Notes under the pieces: generated by a model
Seen by the model: only the letters and a program-made list of their open reading frames with translations
The model's database searches: none
Told to the model about the DNA's origin: nothing
Part shown: positions 39,255 to 50,627 of the stretch, in pieces
How positions within the stretch are numbered: position 1 is the stretch's first letter
Layout of the letters: the number at the start of each line of letters is the position of its first letter
Position numbers and translations under genes: made by a program
Assembly (NCBI GenBank): GCA_964016885.1
Contig: OZ024758.1
Span: 26,164,001-26,228,000, forward strand
Reading direction: 5' to 3'
Source: Eledone cirrhosa
Lineage: Eukaryota
Length of the DNA stretch: 64,000 nt

Positions 39255-39807
39255 CCAAGGAAACAGTCGCAGCAAAGAGGTAATGGTGACGAAGAAGAAG
39301 AAGAAGAAGAAGAAGAGAGTTTGTTTAAAGCAAATGTGAAAACTTAGACATATGAGAATAACAGTTTCTGATTCAGGCACAAGGCCAACAATTTTGGTGG
39401 GGAGGAAAGTCAATTAAATCGACCCTAGTGCATTACTGCTACTTTATTTAATAGACCTCTAACTCAGAACATAAAAGGCTGTAACTAAATGCGACAAAGA
39501 AGTTTGTCTGATGCTCTACCGATTCTGCCAATCCACCACCCTAACATATGAGAGTAATAAAAATATAATATACTTGTTACTTGTTATTAATCATTTTTAA
39601 CTACAAATTTACAAAAATATAATTTAGTAATTACAAATATAGATGACAAATTTGGCAGAGTCGTTGGAGCGCTGGATTAAATATGCCTTGGTATTTGTTC
39701 CTGCTCCTTCAATCTGAGTTCAAATCCCACTGAGGTCAGCTTTACCTTTCATCCTTTTCAGGGTGTTAGTTCCAGTCACTGGTCCTTGTTAAGATGTCAT
39801 TCTAGAA

Positions 39808-39839
39808 CAGTGATTCCCAACATGGGGCACATGCCCCAC

Positions 39840-39870
<31 letters not shown>

Positions 39871-40773
39871 ATTTGAAAGTGATATAATACAACCAAGCTT
39901 CCACTTACACTTTGTCTACACATGTTATCATGTATTTGGCAGCACTTACGAGCAGTTTGTTTACACTTTGGAGTTGATTTTGATCATCGCTGCATCACAT
40001 GTCACAAATCAGTCACACCTCAAGTGAGAAGGTTGAGTGAAACTTGTTCTCTTATACAAACTGTAGTTACTTTTCTGTAGTTAAGTAGAACTAAAATTGG
40101 AAGAAAAATTGTTTGCCTAATATTTAGCTTTGTTTAATTAACCCTTTAGCATTCACATTACTCTATATATACTATTATATTTTCATGGTAAAGGCTTTAC
40201 CTCACATAATTATCTCCCATAACATTCACATTACTCTATATATACTATTATATTTTCATGGTAAAGGCTTTATCTCACATAACATTCACATTACTCTATA
40301 TATACTATTATATTTTCATGGTAAAGGCTTTACCTCACATAATATCTCACATAACATTCACATTACTCTATATATACTATTATATTTTCATGGTAAAGGC
40401 TTTACCTCACATAATATCTCACATAACATTCACATTACTCTATATATACTATTATATTTTCATGGTAAAGGCTTTACCCCACATAATTATCTCACATAAT
40501 ATCGAATCTATGAAATTTTGAAAGTATTTATTTTGAGAACAATACCTTAACATCAGTATGAGCGACCAGTTACAGCCAGTTTCAAACAGAAAAAGGTAGA
40601 GAATTCTGGCCGGTTTTGGCTGGTTTGAACATTAAAGGGTTAAGGGATTTCTTCTTTATATTACATTAATTACACTTTTACGAAACTCAGTTTGTTTTTA
40701 TATCAAAGGGTGACATAAACATTTTTTAGATGTTGAGGAGGGGACATGGAGCAAAAAAGGTTGGGAACCACTG
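39808..40773 (+). mobile_element. hAT (Charlie-like) non-autonomous element
   Basis: TIRs CAGTGATTCCCAAC / GTTGGGAACCACTG. 8-bp TSD TTCTAGAA / TTTTAGAA (NTCTAGAN type). Confidence 0.75.
40138..40643 (+). mobile_element. piggyBac-type MITE with internal tandem expansion (about 5 copies of a 60-75 bp segment), nested in a hAT MITE
   Basis: TTAA|CCCTTTAGCATT ... AAAGGG|TTAA, with repeated 'cattcacattactctatatatactattatattttcatggtaaaggcttta'. Confidence 0.8.
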
Positions 40774-41931
40774 TTTTAGAAGGAAGACTGATGTAAATAA
40801 AACCTGTGGCTTGATGGGAGTTAATAATTGTTTCTACTTTTGGCACAAGGCCAGCAATTATCCAGTGTATTACTGGTACTTTATTTTATCGACCCCGTAA
40901 GGATGAAAGGCAAAGTTAACCTCGGCGAGATTTGAACTCAGAATGGCAAGGGCCGTAACTCTATGCGTCAGAGCATGGCATCCAACCCTCTACCGATACT
41001 GCCAATTCACCGCCAGATGGGAGTTAATACTATTGACCTGTTTTTCTTTTTGGATATTTGTTACAGCTGCTCAGAGAGTAGGGTTGGTCCAGTGCAAGGC
41101 AATTTTTCATTTAAAAAAAGCTTCAAGGACAAGCATCACAACCTAAACATCTTCCACATGTGTTGCCTGGGCATGGCTGGCTGTAGCCAAAAAAGGCTTT
41201 TTTTTTTCTAAGCTGCAACATATCTAGCAAGAAATATAAGTGCTTGGCAGAGATAAAAATTCATGTTTGTGCCTCTCGTAAATGAGAAAAGGATCAAGTA
41301 ATTGCAATTCTTGAAGCAAGATGCAGCTATGATGTTTGTATCATCATCATCATCATCATCATCAACATTTTATATCTGTTTTTCTATGCTTACATGGATT
41401 GGATGGTTCCTTTCCAGCACTTCGTACCTTCTGCTAATATTTCACAGGTTAAGCTGGATCATTTGAAGTTAAATGCTCTCAATACCATGTAAGTAACAGG
41501 ATATAAACTCCTGACCCTCTGGTAGATTGTCTGATATCCAACTGTTAAACTCAGCTATCAGCAGGTTTTATATGTGAGTAGTAAATAGAATCAAAACTAT
41601 GAAATATAAACCATATAGAAATTTATAATTAACACAACTACAAGATACAGCTTGCCTGTAACTATTATTGTCAAGTAGAAGTAAAATAAATATTATTAGT
41701 AGTCAGTAATGCAACATCCACCAATTATACAGTGTCTATGTTTTTATTGTTGTTTTTTAGCCCCAGATTAACTTGATCAAGTAGATCAGATCTGTAATCA
41801 AAGGTATTCCAACCAAATCATTCTGTCTTGTTTATATCTGGCTACATTATCTAATGTGTTCTTCCTTTTATTTAATGTAGTAAGGCTTGCTAGAACTTAC
41901 CAGTTATAGTAAGTCAAACAAATACATAGAT

Positions 41932-42117
41932 CAGGATTTTCAAAACTTTTTCAAATGCAGAACCCTTTTTGGTTCAGAAACTTTTGAAGGAACCCCAATG
42001 TTTAATACTATTTTATGGTTGGAGGATAAATATACTCCTCTACCTTCATTTCATGGAACCCCAGACACTCCTTTGTGCGACCCTTGAGTTCTGCAGAACC
42101 CATTTTGGGAACCACTG
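41932..42117. mobile_element. short hAT-type MITE
   Basis: Degenerate TIR CAGGATTTTCAAAA / TTTGGGAACCACTG. 8-bp TSD ACATAGAT / ACATAGAG. Confidence 0.6.
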
Positions 42118-42270
42118 ACATAGAGACATCGGTTTATGGTACAGTCCCTATGTTGCTTATAGTGATGAGCTGTGTCTTCTTGTTATTCATATTTCAGCTA
42201 GGTTAAACAGACCAATAAGAATATTTTGGCTGCTAGAACAGTCTCTAATACCTTATTATTCTCATATATA

Positions 42271-42454
42271 CAGACCTGTCAATTCTCCCTGTCCAACAAG
42301 ATCTCCCGATTTTTGCTCATTTCTCCCTGTTTTTGTGAAAATGGGTATAGCTTTCATTATGTAAAATCTCCCCATTCTGCCTCATTTCTCCCCATTTTGG
42401 GGCACTTTTTTTCATAGTACCTCTCGTTTGGGTTTTTAGAGATTGGCAGGTCTA
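42271..42454. mobile_element. short TIR element (MITE) in TA context
   Basis: CAGACCTGTCAAT... / ...ATTGGCAGGTCTA termini, flanked by TATA. Confidence 0.5.
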
Positions 42455-44125
42455 TATATATATATATTTTAAATTCAAAAATTTTAAGCATTAAAAACAT
42501 TAAACGTAATGTTTTCTTAATTTCAAATTCTGAAATATCAGGATTTGTTACATCAGACAAACAAATAATTACTTCATCGACAAAATAATATATTTTTACC
42601 TCTTATTATTGATATACGATACAATTGCTATGATGATAAACCAACCAATAGAATTATGCCAAGTATTTGTATCAAGATTGAAACTCAGATAACTGACAGA
42701 ACAAGTTATAATTTACTGCCAGTTAAACGAGAACAATACAGCAGATGTTGAGCACAAATTTGATCAAGCTTGGATGAAGAAACAGTTTTGATTATCTTAT
42801 ATATAATAAACGACTGGTGGGAAACATAACTAGTTACTGTACTAACTATCTATTTTAATGATTTTTTTGTACCTAGTTATCTTCAATGTCTTCATACATA
42901 TTTACCCAGAGTATCAATTACTCTGTTTGATGTGTGTTTATTTATTCCTGTATATTCAAACATAAAATTACAAATATTTATGCCCATAATCCAATCCTTC
43001 AACTCATCCATGGTTTGTCATCCATACACACTAACATTACACATCCACTGGAGCATGCTAGCCTCATCTCTCTAACCTTCAAACATCCTCTACATTCAAT
43101 GCCTGTCTCACTGCTATGCACCATCACACGCCATATATAGGCATCATATAATCTACAGGGATTGGACAGGGAATCACATTGTTGCCAGCAGAGTGAGTAG
43201 CTCCCTGAACTTTTTCCACTCCATTCTTCTACTGGGTCCATTTAACCATACATTCAGAACACCCTCCTCCATTAACAAGCATCCACACAGTTACCATCTA
43301 CCAAATTCCACCCACAAAGCATTGGTCAACCTGAAGTTATAGTAGAAAACACTTTCCCAAGATGCCACGCAGTGAATTCAAACCTGAAACTACAAAAGTT
43401 GCAGAGCAATTTCTTAAACACACAGTCATGCTACCACTCATTACGTACTATATTTGCAACCCTGACATTAACAAACAGCAATTCCAGTTACATATACACA
43501 CCAAGCTGCCAATAATCAAAAGATTCTGCTGATCTCATTGCAAAGTTGGAGCAAGAAAGTTTGGAAAAAGATCAAATTTCATAGATGAAAGCAATAGCTA
43601 TAGTTTTAAATTAAATATTTCTTTTATCAACATGATAGTTTAATTAGTAATGGTTGCTTACCTATCTGTATGACTGTAAGAACATTTCATCTTTCTTACT
43701 AACAGGATCTGTAGGTTGAGTTCAATTATCAGTCAGTGTTAGGTTTTGGAAGTGCTGGACTCAATTTGAAAATCATTCATGTAACCATTCACATATATCA
43801 ACTAGCATCTGTAAATTAGAAAACACGGAATGTAAGTGGATAAATGTTATCAATATAATAGAATAAACAAACAAATTCTATTAATAAAATACTCTCTTGC
43901 TCTGTTTCTCTTTTCACCTGCTTGCATGGAAAAGAAAAATGTAACCCTTTAGCATTTAAACCAGAATTCTCTCACCTCTATCTGTTCAAACTGGCTGCTC
44001 ATAGTGATGTTAAGGTATTGTTCTCAAAATAAATAATATAAAAATCTCATAGATTCAATATTATGTGAGATAATTATGTGAGGTAAAGCCTTTACAATGA
44101 CAATATAATAGTATATATAGAGTAA

Positions 44126-44471
44126 TTCATTCATTTCATTCATTTCATTTTACGTCCGCTTTTCCCTGCTTGCAAGGGTGGGACGGGAACTGATTCTGGC
44201 TTGATTTCTACAGCTGGATGCCCTTCCTAACACCAACCTCATTTACAGTGAGTGCTGGGTGCTTTTTTTGCCGTGGCACCTCCACGACCACTTTGCAGTG
44301 GAATGATATGGACCCCAGTCCCTATCATCTCATTTCTACAGCTGAGTAAACTGGAGCAACGTGAAATAAAGTGTCTTGCTCAAGGAAACAACACATCACC
44401 CGGTCTGAGAATTGAACTCACAACCTTTCGATTGCAAGGCCAATGCTCTAACCACTAAGCCATGTGCCTCC
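44126..44471 (-). mobile_element. SINE family A copy nested in a piggyBac MITE
   Basis: Full-length match. The MITE sequence resumes after it and ends AATGCTAAAGGGTTAA. Confidence 0.88.
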
Positions 44472-45669
44472 ATAATGTAAATGCTAAAGGGTTAAATGAA
44501 TGAGGACAACACAGGGAAGAAAGAATTCCTTTTAGTTTTACCTGTGGGCAAGACAACTCCTCCAATACTGGTGACATTGGAAGGACTCTTCAGTTGTGTC
44601 AAAGACATGACAACCTCTCCTGACCACTCAGTAGAACATGAGACCATACATAAGTGAGATAACATTCATCCTCTCAGGGAAACCTGTGCAGTGCACTCTA
44701 CATGTGAGAGGAGTTCCACTGAAGCAGGTGAAGAAAAGGCTATTTTCATGATTGATAAAAGGCAGGCTGCTGAATTAAGTGCAAGAATTGCAGGAGCTGG
44801 TGAAGTAATGTGCCAGCTTCAGTATTTGGTAATCAAATGAAGGGAGGTAGGTGTAAAAGCCAAACTTAATATCTTCAATTTGGTATTTAATAAGGGGCCT
44901 CTTAACTTAACCAGCACAGGGCCTCATTTGTTCTAAATCCAGCACTGTCTGTGGGCTAGAGGCTGGAGACGACCAGAGAGTGACTTTAAACTGATTAGTG
45001 GAGTGGATTTTTTCTGGATCTGCTCTAGGATGAAAGACAAGAGCTTGAATTAATTGCAAGAATTGCAGGAACTGGTGCAGTAATGTGCTAACTTCAGCAC
45101 TTGGTCATCAAAAGAAGGGAGCCAGGTGTAAAGGCTAAACATACTATTTTCATGGTCTACTCAGAGGTAGACCATGAGAAAGATGGTTGGTAACATCCAT
45201 GAGCTTAGCTGGTCTTGCTTGGAGTTCCAGCGACATTGACTGGAGATGGATGCTTTCTACAGGACCTCTAGAAGGTGTGTCTGTGGACTCTGAACCCATG
45301 ACCCCCCACCCACCCCGGAATAAGTGGGCAAAAGAGGAGGGGTGAAGGGGTTGGGGGGTGAGGGGGGTGTATGAGGTGAAGAAGAAGAAGAAGAAGAAGA
45401 AGAAGAAGAAGAAGAAGAAGAAGAAGAAGAAGAAGAAGAAGATCTCCTTTGATACAATAAGTCAAGATATTTGCCTAAAAGGGGATTCAGTCAAGCATAA
45501 TACCCATCATCATCATCATCATTATCATTGGTACCAATTTGAGGGGTTTCCACAGTCTGAGGCCCAGACTGAACCATCTTGCGCATACATTTCATATCTG
45601 GCATAGTTTCTACAACTGGATGCCTTTCCTAATGTCAACCACTTTTCTGGGTGTACTGAGAAAGTTTTT

Positions 45670-47910
45670 CATGCCACCAACACTAACACTTTACAGTGTG
45701 TACCCGGTCCATTTAACCATGGCACCAACACTAACACTTTACAGTGTGTACCCGGTCCATTTAACCATGCCACCAACACTACCACTTTACAGTGTGTACC
45801 CGGTCCATTTAACCATGGCACCAACACTAACACTTTACAGTGTGTACTGGGTCCATTTAACCATGCCACCAACACCAACACTTTACAGTGTGTACTGGGT
45901 CCATTTAACCATGCCACCAACACTAACACTTTACAGTGTGTACTGGGTCCATTTAACTGTGCCACCAACACTAACACTTTACAGTGTGTACTGGGTCCAT
46001 TTAACCATGGCATCAACACTAACACTTCACAGTGTGTACTGGGTCCATTTAACCATGCCACCAACACTAACACTTTACAGTGTACACTGGGTCCATTTAA
46101 CCATGGCACCAACACTAACACTTTACAGTGTGTACTGGGTCCATTTAACCATGCCACCAACACTAACACTTTACAGTGTGTACTGGGTCCATTTAACCAT
46201 GGCACCAACACTAACACTTTACAGTGTGTACTGGGTCCATTTAACCATGGCACCAACACTAACACTTTACAGTGTGTACTGGGTCCATTTAACCATGCCA
46301 CCAACACTAACACTTTACAGTGTGTACTGGGTCCATTTAACCATGCCACCAACACTAACACTTTACAGTGTGTACTGCGTCCATTTTATTGTGCCACCAA
46401 CACTAACACTTTACAGTGTGTACCCGGTCCATTTAACCATGGCACCAACACTAACACTTTACAGTGTTACTGGGTCCATTTAACCATGGCACCAACGCTA
46501 ACACTTTACAGTGTGTACTGGGTCCATTTAACTGTGCCACCAACACTAACACTTTACAGTGTGTACTGGGTCCATTTAACTGTGCCACCAACACTAACAC
46601 TTTACAGTGTGTACTGGGTCCATTTAACCATGGCACCAACACTAACACTTTACAGTGTGTACTGGGTCCATTTAACCATGCCACCAACACTAACACCTTA
46701 CAGTGTGTACTGGGTCCATTTAATCATGTCACCAACACTAACACTTTACAATGTGTACCCGGTCCATTTAACCATGGCACTAACACTAACACTTTACAGT
46801 GTGTACTGGGTCCATTTAACCATGCCATCAACACCAACACTTTACAGTGTATACTGGGTCCATTTAACCATGGCACCAACACTAACACTTTACAGTGTGT
46901 ACTGGGTCCATTTAACTGTGTCACCAACACTAACACTTTACAGTGTGTACTGGGTCCATTTAACTGTGTCACCAACACTAACACTTTACAGTGTGTACTG
47001 GGTCCATTTAACCATGGCACCAACACTAACACTTTACAATGTGTACTGGGTCCATTTAACCATGCCACCAACACCAACACTTTACAGTGTGTACTGGGTC
47101 CATTTAACCATGGCACCAACACTAACACTTTACAGTGTGTACTGGGTCCATTTAACCATGGCACCAACACCAACACTTTACAGTGTGTACTGGGTCCATT
47201 TAACCATGGCACCAACACTAACACTTTACAGTGTGTACTGGGTCCATTTAACCATGGCACCAACACTAACACTTTACAATGTGTACTGGGTCCATTTTAT
47301 TGTGCCACCAACACTAACACCTTACAGTGTGTACTGGGTCCATTTTATTGTGCCACCAACACTAACACCTTACAGTGTGTACTGGGTCCATTTAACCATG
47401 GCACCAACACTAACACCTTACAGTGTGTACTGGGTCCATTTAACCATGGCACCAACACTAACACTTTACAGTGTGTACTGGGTCCATTTAACCATGGCAC
47501 CAACACTAACACTTTACAGTGTGTACTGGGTCCATTTTATTGTGCCACCAACACTAACACCTTACAGTGTGTACTGGGTCCATTTTATTGTGCCACCAAC
47601 ACTAACACCTTACAGTGTGTACTGGGTCCATTTAACCATGGCACCAACACTAACACCTTACAGTGTATACTGGGTCCATTTAACCATGGCACCAACACTA
47701 ACACCTTACAGTGTGTACTGGGTCCATTTAACCATGGCACCAACACTAACACCTTACAGTGTGTACTGGGTCCATTTAACCATGGCACCAACACTAACAC
47801 CTTACAGTGTGTACTGGGTCCATTTAACCATGGCACCAACACTAACACCTTACAGTGTGTACTGGGCTCATTTTATTGTGCCAACACACTAACATTTTAC
47901 AGAATGTACT
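45670..47910 (-). repeat. 48-bp minisatellite (about 46 copies) about 0.9 kb upstream of the HSP90B1 ATG
   Basis: Unit CACCAACACTAACACTTTACAGTGTGTACTGGGTCCATTTAACCATGG. Preceded by TTTCTACAACTGGATGCCTTTCCTAA (SINE body) and (CAT)n. Confidence 0.95.
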
Positions 47911-48559
47911 GCAGAGGCGGTGCAACTGTGAGGGGGCATGGCCCTCAAAAAATCATATTTTTCTCCCCAAACTACCAAAACACACATCTATTTGTTTATG
48001 TAATACAATTTATAAACATGTTATGTTTATAACATATCGAAGTTTTTTATATCTTGGTTAATATTTGATAACTGTTTCTACTTTTGGCACAAGGACAGCA
48101 ATTACCCAGTGGTAATTACTGGTACTTTATTTTAACTTGAATTTTTATATTCTTTTATTTTGTATATAGACAAAATACATCAAAACCATTTTTTAAAGTA
48201 ATTTCGTTTAATTAATATTATTTAATTAATTAGATAATTATAATAGATATTTGATTTAAATTCCTGCAAAAGAATGTTTTAAAATTTCTGAAATATTTTT
48301 CTTTTCTTTATGTAAAAAAAAAAAATATATATATATATACAAGGGCGGTGCCCCAGCATGGCCTCAGCCGGATGGCTGAAACAGGTAAAAGAATATATTA
48401 AATTAAATACTAAAATTGTACATTTAAAAAATATTGGTATGTGTTTATTTTATGTATTTATTATACGTCAATCAGAATCATAGATCAGATATTTTTAAAA
48501 TTTACTATCTTATACGTGAATACGTATTATAATAGGTTTCTTATCAATATTTCTTTCAT

Positions 48560-48786
48560 CCAATAAATAAAAGACAAGTTGAAGAAACGAGGCTAGACTT
48601 GTTCAAATTTCATTGGCCCATAAAGCTTTCGTGTACATTTCTCATTGGTTAAAATATCGCCATTGGGATTTCCCTTCTTCAAAAGTTGTGGCTTGGCGTC
48701 GTAGTCAGGCCGGCGGAAAGGATACCGGGGGCTTGGGACAGTGGCACACGTAACAACTGCATTTGTCATTCATTAAATTCAACAAC
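48560..48786 (+). promoter_or_regulatory. HSP90B1 proximal promoter with four CCAAT boxes, three in ERSE-like CCAAT-N9-ACA(C/A)G form
   Basis: + strand CCAAT-aaataaaag-ACAAG (48560-48578). - strand CCAAT-gaaatttga-ACAAG (48598-48616) and CCAAT-gagaaatgt-ACACG (48630-48648). Fourth CCAAT on - at 48662-48666, then a GC-richer patch. The canonical mammalian ERSE is CCAAT-N9-CCACG. Confidence 0.7.
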
Positions 48787-48838
48787 ATGCTGAAACAATT
48801 TACATTTTTAGGAATCCTATGGATTGTCTTATGGACTG
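48787..48838 (+). CDS. HSP90B1: HSP90B1/GRP94 (endoplasmin) coding exon 1, signal peptide MLKQFTFLGILWIVLWT
   Basis: ATG at 48787 (context AACAACATG), hydrophobic signal-peptide-like 17 codons + 1 nt, then donor G|GTAAGT. The phase-1 intron joins in frame to the 56907 exon (G|CT=Ala). Preceded by an ERSE-like/CCAAT promoter. Confidence 0.85.
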
Positions 48839-49760
48839 GTAAGTAATTTATTTTAGAAAAAATCAGCTACTGCATATAATGTCTGCTTCTCTGTTAACGA
48901 TATATTCACTAACTTGTTTTCTTATAATTATGTTTTAAATAGTAATAAAAAAGAATTAATCTCCATTTTCAAATCCATATAATGAAGATCGAATTAATTA
49001 ACATTGATGTATCCAAATTGCATTAATGATGTTTATTTTTCAAAGTCTCTTATTCCTCTCTGACAATATTAAATAACATGCCCTGTTATGGTCAGATTTT
49101 TCGGTATGTCGACATGGTTGCGTCGTGATAATAGACTGAGCTACACATCAACATAGATATAAATCGCATTCTTGTTCAATTATTGTAATGTTTCTCGTAT
49201 TTTAAACAAGTGTTTTGTTTATTTAAAATACTTCAATAACAAAAATAAAAAATACTCTGTTACAATGCGTAATTACTTGCCTTCGCTTTCCTTCAACATG
49301 CACCCTTATCATATTACAATTATCTAAAGCTTTAACACTGTTCTATATAAGTATATACTATTCGAGTATACATATATTTATATATTTATATAATCTGTAA
49401 AGAGATATATGAACTGTGTCAAACTTATTTAGAAAGTGTATGAAGAAAATATTTAGGGATTATGATAGATTGAAAAAAAAAATTTGCAATTTGAAGAGAT
49501 AGAGGCGAGTAAGAACGGATTTGATAGAAATAGATAAAATGGTAAATGAATACCGTATGAAGATGTTTTTTTTTACCTAACTTTATTCACCTCTGTAATG
49601 AGAGACCCCCGAGCGAATATAGAACAAGATGTAAAAAATATATATACCCGAGAATATCAGATACAAATAAAAGGAAGGAGACATACTTCCAGTTAGTGAA
49701 AATTTTAAATAGTTTGACAGGAGTGGTAGAAGTAATAGTATTAATAGCAGTAGCTGGAAA

Positions 49761-49901
49761 CATTTAATATATTGAAATTGATTACATTTAATATATTGAA
49801 ATTGATTATATTTAATATATTGAAATTGATTATATTTAATATATTGAAATTGATTATATTTAATATATTGAAATTGATTATATTTAATATATTGAAATTG
49901 A
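49761..49901. repeat. 24-bp AT-rich tandem repeat x about 6 in HSP90B1 intron 1
   Basis: (C/T)ATTTAATATATTGAAATTGATTA repeated. Confidence 0.9.
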
Positions 49902-50403
49902 GTGTAATTAAAAATAAAATAGATTAATTCTAAAGTAGACGTAGTCCCGTGTAACCACCCACAAAAAGTCAGGGAGTTCGGTTTAAAGGTTACTAACAGT
50001 TATGAACATAGAAAGAAAAAAACTACTGTAACTTAGTAAAAACCGATCCAGTCTTAGATGCGTTCTTGATGCCATTTAACTTTATTAATTTCCTTTTAAG
50101 ATATATCAAATCTTTTGTGTAATTAATATGAAATCCAAAGTTCATTTTATCATTTCAGTTTCGATGTAGAAACTTTTTTTTCTTCTCATTTGTTACTTAT
50201 TTTTAACTACTTGCCACAGTAAATAGAGCATGCCTAGTCATCAATGTGGTATTTAACCCATGGAAACATCTAGATAATGGCATGTAATAATGATTTAGAA
50301 AATATTTTAAATTTATGGAGAATAGTTTGTCTGTTTTTTTTTTTCTTTAATTTTATCAGTATTAAGAATATAAATATTAAAGTTACTTGAATGTTTTATG
50401 TGC

Positions 50404-50435
<32 letters not shown>

Positions 50436-50437
<2 letters not shown>

Positions 50438-50627
50438 CGAAGGAAGTGTGGTAAGGAACCAGATGGACCATAACGCACCAGAGTACTCAATACTTAGGGT
50501 AGTAGAGTGGGTAATAGGAAAATGTATGACTCCGACGGCAGAGCTCAAGCCGTTTCGGCGGCTATTTCTGGAGAAATAGCCATCGAAACGGCTTGAGCTC
50601 TACCGTCGGGGTCATACATTTTTCTAT
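50436..50627 (+). mobile_element. unclassified (TA)n-inserted element with a 56-bp-arm hairpin (relatives at 26308-26510 on - and 2797-2925 on +)
   Basis: Shared CACCAGAGTACTCAATACTT(A/G)GGGTAGTAGAGTG block followed by a long inverted repeat. Confidence 0.65.
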
